Virus record (IMG/VR): IMGVR_UViG_3300009422_000007
Coordinates: 1-54,107 of that record
Direction: 5' to 3' (one strand)
Source: a virus
Taxonomy: Duplodnaviria > Caudoviricetes
Length of the DNA: 54,107 bases
Both the position numbers and the translations under genes were made by a program. A model generated the notes under the pieces. The model did not search any database and was not told the origin of the DNA. It was given only the letters and a program-made list of their open reading frames with translations. Of the stretch, positions 1 to 8,240 are shown piece by piece (the first letter of the stretch is position 1; each line of letters opens with the position of its first letter).

Positions 1-135
1 GCAGAAGCAGTACAAGTACCTCCAAAAAGTGGTGTTGGTATACATTTTATGAAGTTTTGTGGTAAACATGATATGCAAAAGGCAGTAGATCAAGCACAAC
101 ATCATTCAGAATGGTTAAGTTCCGTATATGGTTAG
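1..135 (+). CDS. 3' end of a gene truncated by the window; possibly a phage RNase H / 5'-3' exonuclease C-terminus
   Basis: Frame 1 is open to TAG at 133-135: ...GVGIHFMKFCGKHDMQKAVDQAQHHSEWLSSVYG*. The product guess comes from recalled similarity only. Confidence 0.4.
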   Translation, partial: AEAVQVPPKSGVGIHFMKFCGKHDMQKAVDQAQHHSEWLSSVYG

Positions 136-189
136 GTTATAAATAGTTTTAACGGTATTAAGATGATAAATACTGTTAGAGGATAAACT

Positions 190-492
190 ATGAGCAGACC
201 TAAACCAACAGTAATACTAACACATACAGATCCAACTACTTACAAGTCAGAGGAGGTTCTTGGAGCAGATGCAATTTATGCTGTCTTCTTTAAAGACAAA
301 CCTATTAACTTGAGAACACTAAATTCACTTGTATCTTATCCTGGACCAAAGTATAAAAAAGTATCCTTTAGTAATCCAGGACATGCTTTTAATTTAGCAG
401 ATAGATTGAATAAATTATTTAGAACTAACGACTTTTCTGTTGTAGAATTGAAAAATGGCAGAAAGATCGTAGAGCATGGGTCTAGCAAATAA
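190..492 (+). CDS. conserved phage hypothetical protein
   Basis: 100 aa ORF with AGAGGA RBS and TAAATA at 167-172. PGPKYKKVSFSNPGHAFNLA motif recalled from large myoviruses. Confidence 0.8.
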   Translation: MSRPKPTVILTHTDPTTYKSEEVLGADAIYAVFFKDKPINLRTLNSLVSYPGPKYKKVSFSNPGHAFNLADRLNKLFRTNDFSVVELKNGRKIVEHGSSK

Positions 493-856
493 ACTAGTAG
501 CACACTATCTAAATATGAACCCTAGACAAGGCTTATGGGAAACTACAGAAGTGACTCCATATAGTATGTTCAAAAACTATGCACCGGGTAAGGAAAAGGG
601 ATTAAGGCTAACAAGTTTTGGCTGGGCTTTAATGCGGAAAGACTTTACAAACTATTCACATCAATTACCTACAGGATTTCGTTTAACTGCTGGACATTTA
701 ATTGGATTGCAAAATCATTGCGATTGGCCTTATTATATTGGTGCAGGGTATTTGAGGCTATTTGGAGAAGCTGATAATATAGAGGTACGGCTCGTAAACA
801 ACGATATTGTACTATGGCTTAATAGTTTAAGTACGTTAGGGCAGGGTAGATTTTAG
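476..856 (+). CDS. hypothetical protein
   Basis: 126 aa ORF overlapping the previous stop; GLRLT and WPYY motifs. Confidence 0.7.
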   Translation: MGLANKLVAHYLNMNPRQGLWETTEVTPYSMFKNYAPGKEKGLRLTSFGWALMRKDFTNYSHQLPTGFRLTAGHLIGLQNHCDWPYYIGAGYLRLFGEADNIEVRLVNNDIVLWLNSLSTLGQGRF

Positions 857-868
857 GTAAATACATAT

Positions 869-1300
869 ATGAAAGACTGGAACCCCTATATCAAGGCCGG
901 TTGGGAATTGGTTACAGAAGCGACTTCGGTTACTCCTGTATACTTAGATCCAGAAATTGAACATTTCCTAGTTTTCACAATCGCAAGAACCATTGAACGT
1001 AGCGATATAGGTAGCGAATCTGTTGCTATTAAAATACTAGAAGCACGTTCTGTTCCTAGGGGTAGAACCAGACAACCGATCCTCCGAGCTATTGGTGAAG
1101 AATGTTTGTTTATAGATGCCTGGGATATTAAAAAACCTAAATGGCCTAGCAATACATACTATAGCGAAATGGGCCAAATTGCTTTTATGCAGTCTTCTTT
1201 ATCAACTAGACCAAATAACGAACTGTTAGAGAAAGCAAGTTATAACTTTCCCTTACTATCTAAGGTGCTAAAAACCGTTCGTAACCTCGCAAATTTCTAG
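869..1300 (+). CDS. hypothetical protein (resembles a conserved proteobacterial helical protein)
   Basis: 143 aa ORF; ATG lies 5 nt after TAAATA (858-863). Confidence 0.7.
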   Translation: MKDWNPYIKAGWELVTEATSVTPVYLDPEIEHFLVFTIARTIERSDIGSESVAIKILEARSVPRGRTRQPILRAIGEECLFIDAWDIKKPKWPSNTYYSEMGQIAFMQSSLSTRPNNELLEKASYNFPLLSKVLKTVRNLANF

Positions 1301-1388
1301 ACCCGTATAGCGGTAACTTCTACAATACTCACTAAATATAGGTGTTACGGTACAGAACCGTAATAAATTTATTTTAGGAGATAAAAAA

Positions 1389-1835
1389 ATGATTGACCCA
1401 AGAATAGAAATCTATGACATGATCTGGAATATTAGCAATCAGTTAAATGAGCTAACAATGAAATTGTCAGAGATCCCACATGATATTGAAGAGTATGATA
1501 TGAACTTCCATGGACCATGTGAGGGTGATTATATGCACCCAGATACACCAACACACGCCAAGCCTGAAGGTTTTGGTGACGAAGCTTATTGGGACGCCCC
1601 ATGCCAAGTTTGGATGGAGCCATCACAATGGGAATGGGATGAGCATGATATGTTCGGTAATGCCGCAACTGACTACTGCTATGACTGTGAAACATCTGAA
1701 TGGGATTATTCAGAAGAGCCAGATTGGTCAAACGAGTACACATGGGAATATGACACATTAGAGCATGATAGTATTTCAGGTGATGATATGCCTCCAATGG
1801 ATATCGATGCACCTAAAGAAGAAGGCAAAGAGTAG
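1389..1835 (+). CDS. highly acidic Trp/Tyr-rich protein
   Basis: 148 aa, AGGAGA RBS, own late promoter (1333-1338) and downstream terminator. About 41 D/E versus 5 K/R by hand count. Confidence 0.8.
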   Translation: MIDPRIEIYDMIWNISNQLNELTMKLSEIPHDIEEYDMNFHGPCEGDYMHPDTPTHAKPEGFGDEAYWDAPCQVWMEPSQWEWDEHDMFGNAATDYCYDCETSEWDYSEEPDWSNEYTWEYDTLEHDSISGDDMPPMDIDAPKEEGKE

Positions 1836-1840
1836 TAACA

Positions 1841-1868
1841 AGTCCGCTTTTATAAGGGGGCTTTTTTT
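1841..1868 (+). terminator. probable rho-independent terminator
   Basis: Imperfect stem AGTCCGCTT...AAGGGGGCT followed by a T7 run just after the stop at 1835. Confidence 0.6.
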
Positions 1869-1891
1869 ATATCTCCTAGTTTTGGCGAGTT

Positions 1892-1928
1892 AAAAGAACC
1901 TGTATATGTTATAGTATACAGGTTTTTT
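1892..1928 (+). terminator. second hairpin/terminator, possibly bidirectional
   Basis: AACCTGTATA (1897-1906) / TATACAGGTT (1915-1924) perfect 10-bp stem flanked by A- and T-runs. Confidence 0.6.
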
Positions 1929-1941
1929 CTTGGCTAAGTCA

Positions 1942-1956
1942 TTGTAATCATTACAA
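1942..1956. promoter_or_regulatory. 7-1-7 palindrome, candidate operator
   Basis: TTGTAAT-C-ATTACAA perfect inverted repeat about 35 nt upstream of the promoter at 1992. Confidence 0.4.
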
Positions 1957-1991
1957 AACCAAAAAAAGTTTAAAAAAGAACCAGAAAAAGG

Positions 1992-2020
1992 TTGACTATA
2001 TAGGACCTTTGTGTTATATT
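1992..2020 (+). promoter_or_regulatory. sigma70-type early promoter
   Basis: TTGACT-N17-TATATT with extended TG and A-rich UP element. Confidence 0.75.
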
Positions 2021-2077
2021 ATAAACATAATGCAGTAACGAATGGCGTTGTTGCTAACAGAGTTTAAGGAGATTAGA

Positions 2078-2374
2078 GTGTCTGATATTGTTACAAATGA
2101 AGTTCTTGAAGCGGCAATTAACGAAGTTGCTAGGGGTGAAACATTTAAATTTGTTGGTTATGCAGTTAATAAGAAGGGTCGAGGTAAACTAAGGTTTACA
2201 AATGATAAGAGACGTACTCAAACGTTACTTCGAAATGGTATGACTGATGTTAAGTTTATGGAACTTCCAAACCGTATGAACAAAGAAGAAATCCTTGCTA
2301 GTACATTTGTTCAAGCAGTCAGTCCTCAAATTAATTCAGAAATAATGCAGAAAGAGGTTGACATTACTGCTTAG
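2078..2374 (+). CDS. conserved phage early hypothetical protein
   Basis: GTG at 2078 follows AAGGAG (ORF track starts at 2042). KLRFTND...LRNGMTDVKFMELP motif. Confidence 0.7.
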   Translation: MSDIVTNEVLEAAINEVARGETFKFVGYAVNKKGRGKLRFTNDKRRTQTLLRNGMTDVKFMELPNRMNKEEILASTFVQAVSPQINSEIMQKEVDITA

Positions 2375-2386
2375 TTCGTCTATAGT
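2358..2386 (+). promoter_or_regulatory. sigma70-type early promoter
   Basis: TTGACA-N17-TATAGT. Confidence 0.8.
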
Positions 2387-2427
2387 AGTAATATAATATA
2401 AAACTAACCCATAAAAGGAGCCACACA

Positions 2428-3537
2428 ATGGGACAAGCAGAGCAAAAAGTAAATGAGCCAAACACTCTAAAAATTAGTGAGTGTAAGCCAATTATCCGTA
2501 AAGCAGTTAATAAGAAACGTCCAGTGTTTATTTGGGGACCTCCCGGTTCTGGTAAATCGGATATGGTTGATCAAGTTGCTAACGAATTTGATAACAGTCT
2601 TGTTATTGATATGAGAATGGCACTTATGGATCCTACAGATATTAAAGGTGTTCCATATTACTCCTCAAACGACAACACTATGAAATGGGCACCTCCAGCA
2701 GAATTGCCTAATGCAGAAACTGCAAAAGAATATGAAATTATTTTTCTTTTCTTAGACGAGCTTAATAGTGCTCCTCCAGCAGTACAAGCCGCGGCTTATC
2801 AGTTAGTGTTGAATCGTAAAGTTGGTTCTTATCATTTGCCAGATAACGTTGTAATTATTGCCGCAGGTAATAGACTTGGTGATAAAGGTGTTACTTATAG
2901 AATGCCTAGTCCGTTAGCAAATAGATTCTTGCATATTGAGTTGAGAGTTGATTTTGATGATTGGGAATTGTGGGCAATTGAAAATGCTATCCATCCTCAA
3001 GTTGTTGGATACTTGAAGCAGTTTAAGGGAGACCTTTTTAACTTTGATCCTACAATGCACGATAGAGCTTTTGCTACTCCGCGTACCTGGGCTTTTGTAT
3101 CTGACATGTTAGATGATACAATGTCAGAAAGTGCTAATACTGATATGGTATCAGGACTTGTAAGTGAAGGTATTGCTATTAAGTTTATGTCTCACAGAAA
3201 GCATGCCGCAGATCTTCCGGATCCAGCAGAAGTGCTAAGTGGTAAAGTTACTAAGTTTGCTTCTAAGGAAGTGTCTGCTACATATGCATTAGTTGTTTCA
3301 TTATGCTATGAGCTTAGAACAAAGTATCAAGATGCTAAACGTTCTGGTAAGAGTGAGGACTTTAATAAAGCCGCTGATAATTGGTTAGGCTTTTGTATGG
3401 AAAACTTTGAACCTGAAATGGTTATTATGGGTGCCCATACTGTTCTTAAAAACTACAAGGTGATTTTTGATCGTAAGAAGATGACAAACTTCCCGGAGTT
3501 CTTTAAACGTTATGCGAGCTTGCTAACAGATGACTAA
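2428..3537 (+). CDS. MoxR-like AAA+ ATPase
   Basis: Walker A GPPGSGKS, Walker B LFLDELN, AAGN sensor 1, PLANRF arginine finger, TPRTW. Confidence 0.9.
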   Translation: MGQAEQKVNEPNTLKISECKPIIRKAVNKKRPVFIWGPPGSGKSDMVDQVANEFDNSLVIDMRMALMDPTDIKGVPYYSSNDNTMKWAPPAELPNAETAKEYEIIFLFLDELNSAPPAVQAAAYQLVLNRKVGSYHLPDNVVIIAAGNRLGDKGVTYRMPSPLANRFLHIELRVDFDDWELWAIENAIHPQVVGYLKQFKGDLFNFDPTMHDRAFATPRTWAFVSDMLDDTMSESANTDMVSGLVSEGIAIKFMSHRKHAADLPDPAEVLSGKVTKFASKEVSATYALVVSLCYELRTKYQDAKRSGKSEDFNKAADNWLGFCMENFEPEMVIMGAHTVLKNYKVIFDRKKMTNFPEFFKRYASLLTDD

Positions 3538-3865
3538 AAGGATTCGAGACTGGGCCATATCAGATAAGTTATATGGTCCAGATGCTCGTACAATATGGTT
3601 GGATCAACCCCCTGAATCTTCGGAAGTTAGCGAGTGGCTCCGCGAACAACGAAAGGGTTGGTCCAACCGACCTACTGAACACATACCTAGATGGAAGTTA
3701 AAAGTCTGGTGTAAAGATAATAATTTAAAACAATTAGATTATGATTATACTAAACTTACTATATGGTTTAGAAAAGAAGAAGATGCTATGTTATGGGATT
3801 TATCTAAACCAGATACAATAGAACCTGTTTATCATAACAGAGACGGACAAATTAGAGGACATTAA
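3530..3865 (+). CDS. hypothetical protein
   Basis: 111 aa Trp-rich ORF overlapping the ATPase stop; 'IWFRKEEDAMLWDL' is a common small phage protein motif. Confidence 0.7.
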   Translation: MTKRIRDWAISDKLYGPDARTIWLDQPPESSEVSEWLREQRKGWSNRPTEHIPRWKLKVWCKDNNLKQLDYDYTKLTIWFRKEEDAMLWDLSKPDTIEPVYHNRDGQIRGH

Positions 3866-3873
3866 AAAAAAGG

Positions 3874-3902
3874 TTGACTATTGGTCCTTTCTGTTGTATA
3901 GT
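3874..3902 (+). promoter_or_regulatory. sigma70-type early promoter
   Basis: TTGACT-N17-TATAGT with upstream A-tract. Confidence 0.8.
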
Positions 3903-3942
3903 ATATACATAATAAGAAAACTAATAAGAGCGGAGAGCCACT

Positions 3943-4557
3943 ATGTATAAAAGAATAATAATATTACTAGTAACATTATTTGCAGTTATGATAACAATAA
4001 CTATCTTAACACCTGCAGACGCAAAGCCTAAATTTGAAAAAGAGTTCAATAAAGAACAAGCAATTAAGTCTTTGCAAAAAGGTGGAATGGTTGTATTTGT
4101 AAGACACACATATGCTCCTAAAGTAGAAGGTAACAATAGTAAAGGTTACGATGGTAATAAGGTTTGTGAAAAACAAAGGAATTTACTTTCAGAGGGTATT
4201 AAGCAAGCAAAAGAGTTTGGTAAGTTTCTTAAAACAAATAACATTGCAGTTGAAAAAGCACTAGCAAGTCCTATTTGTAGATGCTGGAAAACAGCCAAAT
4301 TAGCTGGATTAGAATTTCAAAAAGATGCATTGTTTCAAGCAAAGAACTGGAAGAAGAAAGATAAGATTATTAAGATCAGAGAAGTAATTAAAAACTGGAA
4401 TGGTAAAGGAAACTTATTTGTTTTTACACACTTTAAAGTAATGAAGTCTGTATTTCCAGGATTTAAAGCAGATAACGGACAGATGCTAATAATAGATAAA
4501 AACCTAAAGAAAGTTGGAGTTATTAATACTGCATACAATTCTAGCAATATTCTTTAA
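3943..4557 (+). CDS. exported histidine phosphatase superfamily protein (SixA/Ais-PmrG-like)
   Basis: Signal peptide MYKRIIILLVTLFAVMITITILTPADA; FVRH catalytic motif, RNL...G..QA, ASPICRC..TA, second His in FVFTH. Confidence 0.8.
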   Translation: MYKRIIILLVTLFAVMITITILTPADAKPKFEKEFNKEQAIKSLQKGGMVVFVRHTYAPKVEGNNSKGYDGNKVCEKQRNLLSEGIKQAKEFGKFLKTNNIAVEKALASPICRCWKTAKLAGLEFQKDALFQAKNWKKKDKIIKIREVIKNWNGKGNLFVFTHFKVMKSVFPGFKADNGQMLIIDKNLKKVGVINTAYNSSNIL

Positions 4558-4575
4558 AATAATGCTAGAAATAGG

Positions 4576-4604
4576 TTGACTATAGTAAATATAGATGCTA
4601 TAGT
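4576..4604 (+). promoter_or_regulatory. sigma70-type early promoter
   Basis: TTGACT-N17-TATAGT with extended TG. Confidence 0.8.
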
Positions 4605-4621
4605 ATATATATAATAAGGAA

Positions 4622-5842
4622 ATGGAGCCACACATGACCACAGATATTGCAAAACAAGCAAAAAATAAGTTAATTAAAGCAAGAATAACTATGCTACTAA
4701 AGTACCCATTTTGGGGACCTTTGTCAGCAAGGCTTGTTTTAGAAGAAGCACCTTGGTGCCAGACTATTGCTACAGACGGTCGTAAGTTTTATTATAATTC
4801 AGAATTTGTATTAAAATTAGATGATCAAGAATGTGTATTTGGTTTTGCACATGAAGTTGGACACATCATTTACGAACATATGACAAGACGTGGTAATAGA
4901 GAACCTGGACTATGGAATATGGCAGGTGATTATATTATTAATAATATGCTTGTTCGTGAGAGTGTTGGTCGTACAATTACTACTGTTCCTATCCTAGTTG
5001 ATCGTCAATACGAAAATCATACTGCTGATGAAGTATATGATAAACTAGTTGATAGAAATGCAGAAGTGCAAAATACATTAGATGAGCATTTAGACTTAGA
5101 TGGTGATGGTGACGAAAAAGAAGGTCCTGGTGCAGGAGGTCAACCTGGAGGCTCTAAGCCTAAATTTAAGAAGCTCTCTTCTGAAGAAAAGAAAGCTATG
5201 AGGAATGAGTGGAAAGAAGCAGTTATTGATGCAGTTAATAAAGCAGGTGCAGATAACGTTCCAGGTGAAGTAAAACGTTTAGTTAAACAAATTACCGAGC
5301 CTGTATTAGATCTTCGTGAACTTTTCCAAATACAATTTAGTAGTTCATTAAAGTCAGATTATACTTGGATGCGTCCTAATAGAAAAGGATGGCACACTGG
5401 TGCAGTACTTCCTGGTAATTTGCCAGGTGAGCAGTTAGACGTTGTTATTGCACTTGATGCTTCAGGTAGTATTTGGGATAGCACACTATCAGACTTCTTA
5501 GGTATTGTACAAGGATCTTTAGATCAATTTGATTCTTATAATGTTAAGATTCTTACTTTTGATACACAAGTATACAACGAAGATAATTTTACACAAGATG
5601 ATGGTCGTGATATGTCCGAGTATGCAATACAAGGTGGTGGCGGAACGGATTTTGATTGTATATGGGAGTGGCTTAAATACAACGATGTTACACCACATCA
5701 ACTAGTAGTTCTAACTGATGGTTACCCTTGGGGATCATGGGGAGATGAGAACTACTGTGATACATTATTTGTAGTACACGGAAACGAAAATATTAAGGCT
5801 CCATTTGGTATTACTGCAAACTATATGCCAGCAAGGGCATAA
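4622..5842 (+). CDS. DUF2201-type metallopeptidase + VWA-like domain protein (MoxR partner)
   Basis: ATDGR, HEVGH zinc motif, WN.A.DYIIN, MIDAS DASGS, GGGGTDF, VLTDG. The start may be ATG 4634 after GGAG. Confidence 0.9.
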   Translation: MEPHMTTDIAKQAKNKLIKARITMLLKYPFWGPLSARLVLEEAPWCQTIATDGRKFYYNSEFVLKLDDQECVFGFAHEVGHIIYEHMTRRGNREPGLWNMAGDYIINNMLVRESVGRTITTVPILVDRQYENHTADEVYDKLVDRNAEVQNTLDEHLDLDGDGDEKEGPGAGGQPGGSKPKFKKLSSEEKKAMRNEWKEAVIDAVNKAGADNVPGEVKRLVKQITEPVLDLRELFQIQFSSSLKSDYTWMRPNRKGWHTGAVLPGNLPGEQLDVVIALDASGSIWDSTLSDFLGIVQGSLDQFDSYNVKILTFDTQVYNEDNFTQDDGRDMSEYAIQGGGGTDFDCIWEWLKYNDVTPHQLVVLTDGYPWGSWGDENYCDTLFVVHGNENIKAPFGITANYMPARA

Positions 5843-5857
5843 AGGTAGGAGTTTAAA

Positions 5858-6823
5858 TTGGATCAATTAACGTTATGGATGGCATTGGGCTTTCTATTTG
5901 CAGGCTATAGTGTTATAGCAAACGATAGTGTACAAACACTAGGTACTTGGATTGCAAGTAACAATCAAAGATTCCATTGGACAACTATGTGGTGCTCTGC
6001 TAGTGCAGTTTTACTTTGGGCACTTTGGTATGGTTGGACTGTAAATGGTGGTGATATTAGTTATGGTAGATTAGATAAAATACCATTCCAGGAAGTTAAA
6101 TGGTATCATGCAATGGCTCCACTTGTACTGTTATTACTAACAAGAATAGGCGTACCAGTTAGTACGTCTTTTTTAGTTTTAAGTGCATTTGCAAGTACAT
6201 TTGTATTAGAGAAGATGCTAGTAAAAAGCATAATGGGATATGCAGTTGCCGCAGTATTTGCATATGTATTATGGATACTAATTGCAAAATGGTTAGATGA
6301 ACGTAATAATCCCGTAACAGAATCACGTAAACCTTATTGGAGAGTAGCACAATGGATAACTGCTGGTTTCTTATGGTGGACTTGGCTAGCACATGATATT
6401 GCAAACATAGCAGTATTTCTACCACGCCAAGTTCCATGGGATATGATGGTACTAGTTAGCCTAGTGTTTATTATAGGTCTTGGGTTTATGTTCCGAGAAG
6501 GTGGCGGTAAGATTCAACAGATTGTATTAGAGAAACAACATACTAGATACGTTAGAAGTGCAACAATTATTAATGCCGCTTACTTTGTATGTTTACTTTT
6601 CTTTAAAGAACTAAACAATATTCCAATGTCAACGACATGGGTATTTGTTGGAATACTATGTGGACGTGAACTTGCAATAGGAACACTAAGCAACGGATCA
6701 TACAGATTAAAAAATGTGTTTCCTATAGTAGGAAGAGATTTTATGAAGATGATGGTAGGTTTAGGAGCATCATTGGGTATTGTATTACTAATACATTATG
6801 TATTGGTTCCAAACGGATTCTAA
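5858..6823 (+). CDS. multi-pass membrane protein, PiT/PHO4 phosphate permease-like
   Basis: About 9-10 hydrophobic segments; duplicated ANDSVQ / AHDIAN and GVPVSTS / IPMSTT motifs typical of PiT half-repeats. TTG start after AGGAG. Confidence 0.7.
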   Translation: MDQLTLWMALGFLFAGYSVIANDSVQTLGTWIASNNQRFHWTTMWCSASAVLLWALWYGWTVNGGDISYGRLDKIPFQEVKWYHAMAPLVLLLLTRIGVPVSTSFLVLSAFASTFVLEKMLVKSIMGYAVAAVFAYVLWILIAKWLDERNNPVTESRKPYWRVAQWITAGFLWWTWLAHDIANIAVFLPRQVPWDMMVLVSLVFIIGLGFMFREGGGKIQQIVLEKQHTRYVRSATIINAAYFVCLLFFKELNNIPMSTTWVFVGILCGRELAIGTLSNGSYRLKNVFPIVGRDFMKMMVGLGASLGIVLLIHYVLVPNGF

Positions 6824-6912
6824 ATGGTTACACACCGTACTTAAAATGGCTATAAGTATCAGTGAGCAAATAGAAGATGCTCAATAAATTTTAATTTAGG
6901 AGAATATTTAAA

Positions 6913-7236
6913 ATGGCTGAAGAACAACCTATCGAAGAGACCGCAACACCAGTAGCAGAAGCTCCAAAGGGCCCTGCTAATACCGGACTTAATTTAGAAG
7001 ATTTAAAAGTTGTATGCGGTGCAATCGAAATTGGTGCTAATAGGGGTGCATACCGTCCAAACGAATTTAAAGTTATTGGCGAAGTATGGGAAAGAGTTAC
7101 CGGCTTTATTAAAGCAACAGAACCACAAGTTGCCGCACAAAAAGAAGCTACAACAGATAACATCGGAGAAGGTGTAAATGTAGAACCTGTAAATGCAGAG
7201 CCAGTTGCAGAAGTTACCGACGAGAATGGAAGCTAG
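6913..7236 (+). CDS. conserved T4-like hypothetical protein
   Basis: AGGAGA RBS; core L..EDL.....IE....RGAY...E...IG with acidic disordered ends; TATAAGTA at 6851. Confidence 0.8.
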   Translation: MAEEQPIEETATPVAEAPKGPANTGLNLEDLKVVCGAIEIGANRGAYRPNEFKVIGEVWERVTGFIKATEPQVAAQKEATTDNIGEGVNVEPVNAEPVAEVTDENGS

Positions 7237-7245
7237 GAGTATATC

Positions 7246-7914
7246 ATGGCTAGATTTATTAAGCACGTTGGACAAGACGGAAAAGGCGCTCCAGTAGTAG
7301 TTGTATTCCGTGAGGTTCCAAATGATTCTGAAAACTGTTTGATTGTTAGAACAACAGACTTACCAGAACTACATCAAGCAGATCTTATTAAAGCAGTTGA
7401 AAGTGTTTCTGGGCAAGATGCTAATGACATTGGCGACTTTTTACATAGACAAAAGTTTAATGATGGCACAGACATGTTATCAACAATTCATGCTAAAGGA
7501 TGGTTAACTAAAGTTCCTACTAAGCATATTGTTATGGTACCATCGCCAGGTAATAAAATTAATTTACAAGATCTAAATAAAGAGTTAAAGCAAATTAACC
7601 GTCCAAAACCAGGCATTCCTGGCAAAGGAGGAGTAGCTACACGTTCAGCTGACATTGCTAATGACTCAACAACACCAGGTGGAAATCCAGGAGTTTTAGA
7701 TGATAGTGCTATTGCAAACAAACTTCGTAACCAAGCAAAAACATTTCAAGCTGAAGCAAAACGTTTATTAGCAGAAGCAGAAGAACTAGTTCCAGTTGGT
7801 ACACCGGTAGATTTATCCACTGTAGAAGCTCCTACAGTAGGTGAAGTTGCAGAAGCGTCCGTTAAGCCTAGAAGAGGTAGGCCAAAGAAGGCTAAGGTAG
7901 CGGAAAACATCTAA
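7246..7914 (+). CDS. conserved phage protein with C-terminal AT-hook-like motif
   Basis: AGGAG RBS; KHVG...VVFREVP...NCL N-terminus; PRRGRPKK at the C-terminus. Confidence 0.8.
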   Translation: MARFIKHVGQDGKGAPVVVVFREVPNDSENCLIVRTTDLPELHQADLIKAVESVSGQDANDIGDFLHRQKFNDGTDMLSTIHAKGWLTKVPTKHIVMVPSPGNKINLQDLNKELKQINRPKPGIPGKGGVATRSADIANDSTTPGGNPGVLDDSAIANKLRNQAKTFQAEAKRLLAEAEELVPVGTPVDLSTVEAPTVGEVAEASVKPRRGRPKKAKVAENI

Positions 7915-7934
7915 ATTAGGAAAAGTAGATTTTA

Positions 7935-8237
7935 ATGAGTATTCGTAAGAAAGATCGTAGCTTTGAAGAAATGTTACGAGAAATACAAGTTGATCAAGTA
8001 CCAGTCGAATACATAGATTACATTCGAGTTTACCTTGACGATGGACAGCAGATTGTTTTCCGTCAAGATGAATTAACTGGTATAAAGCATAGTAACGATA
8101 TATTAGAGATTAAACAATTACAAGAGTGTTTAGATCGTATAGTTGATTTTGAAGTTATGATGAATTCAGATTTAGTTAAGTCTAAAGTAACAAGATTTGT
8201 AGGGGCATTGCTGGCTACACACTTCTCGGAGAAATAA
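7935..8237 (+). CDS. hypothetical protein
   Basis: 100 aa ORF, co-oriented and tightly packed. Confidence 0.7.
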   Translation: MSIRKKDRSFEEMLREIQVDQVPVEYIDYIRVYLDDGQQIVFRQDELTGIKHSNDILEIKQLQECLDRIVDFEVMMNSDLVKSKVTRFVGALLATHFSEK

Positions 8238-8240
8238 TAT

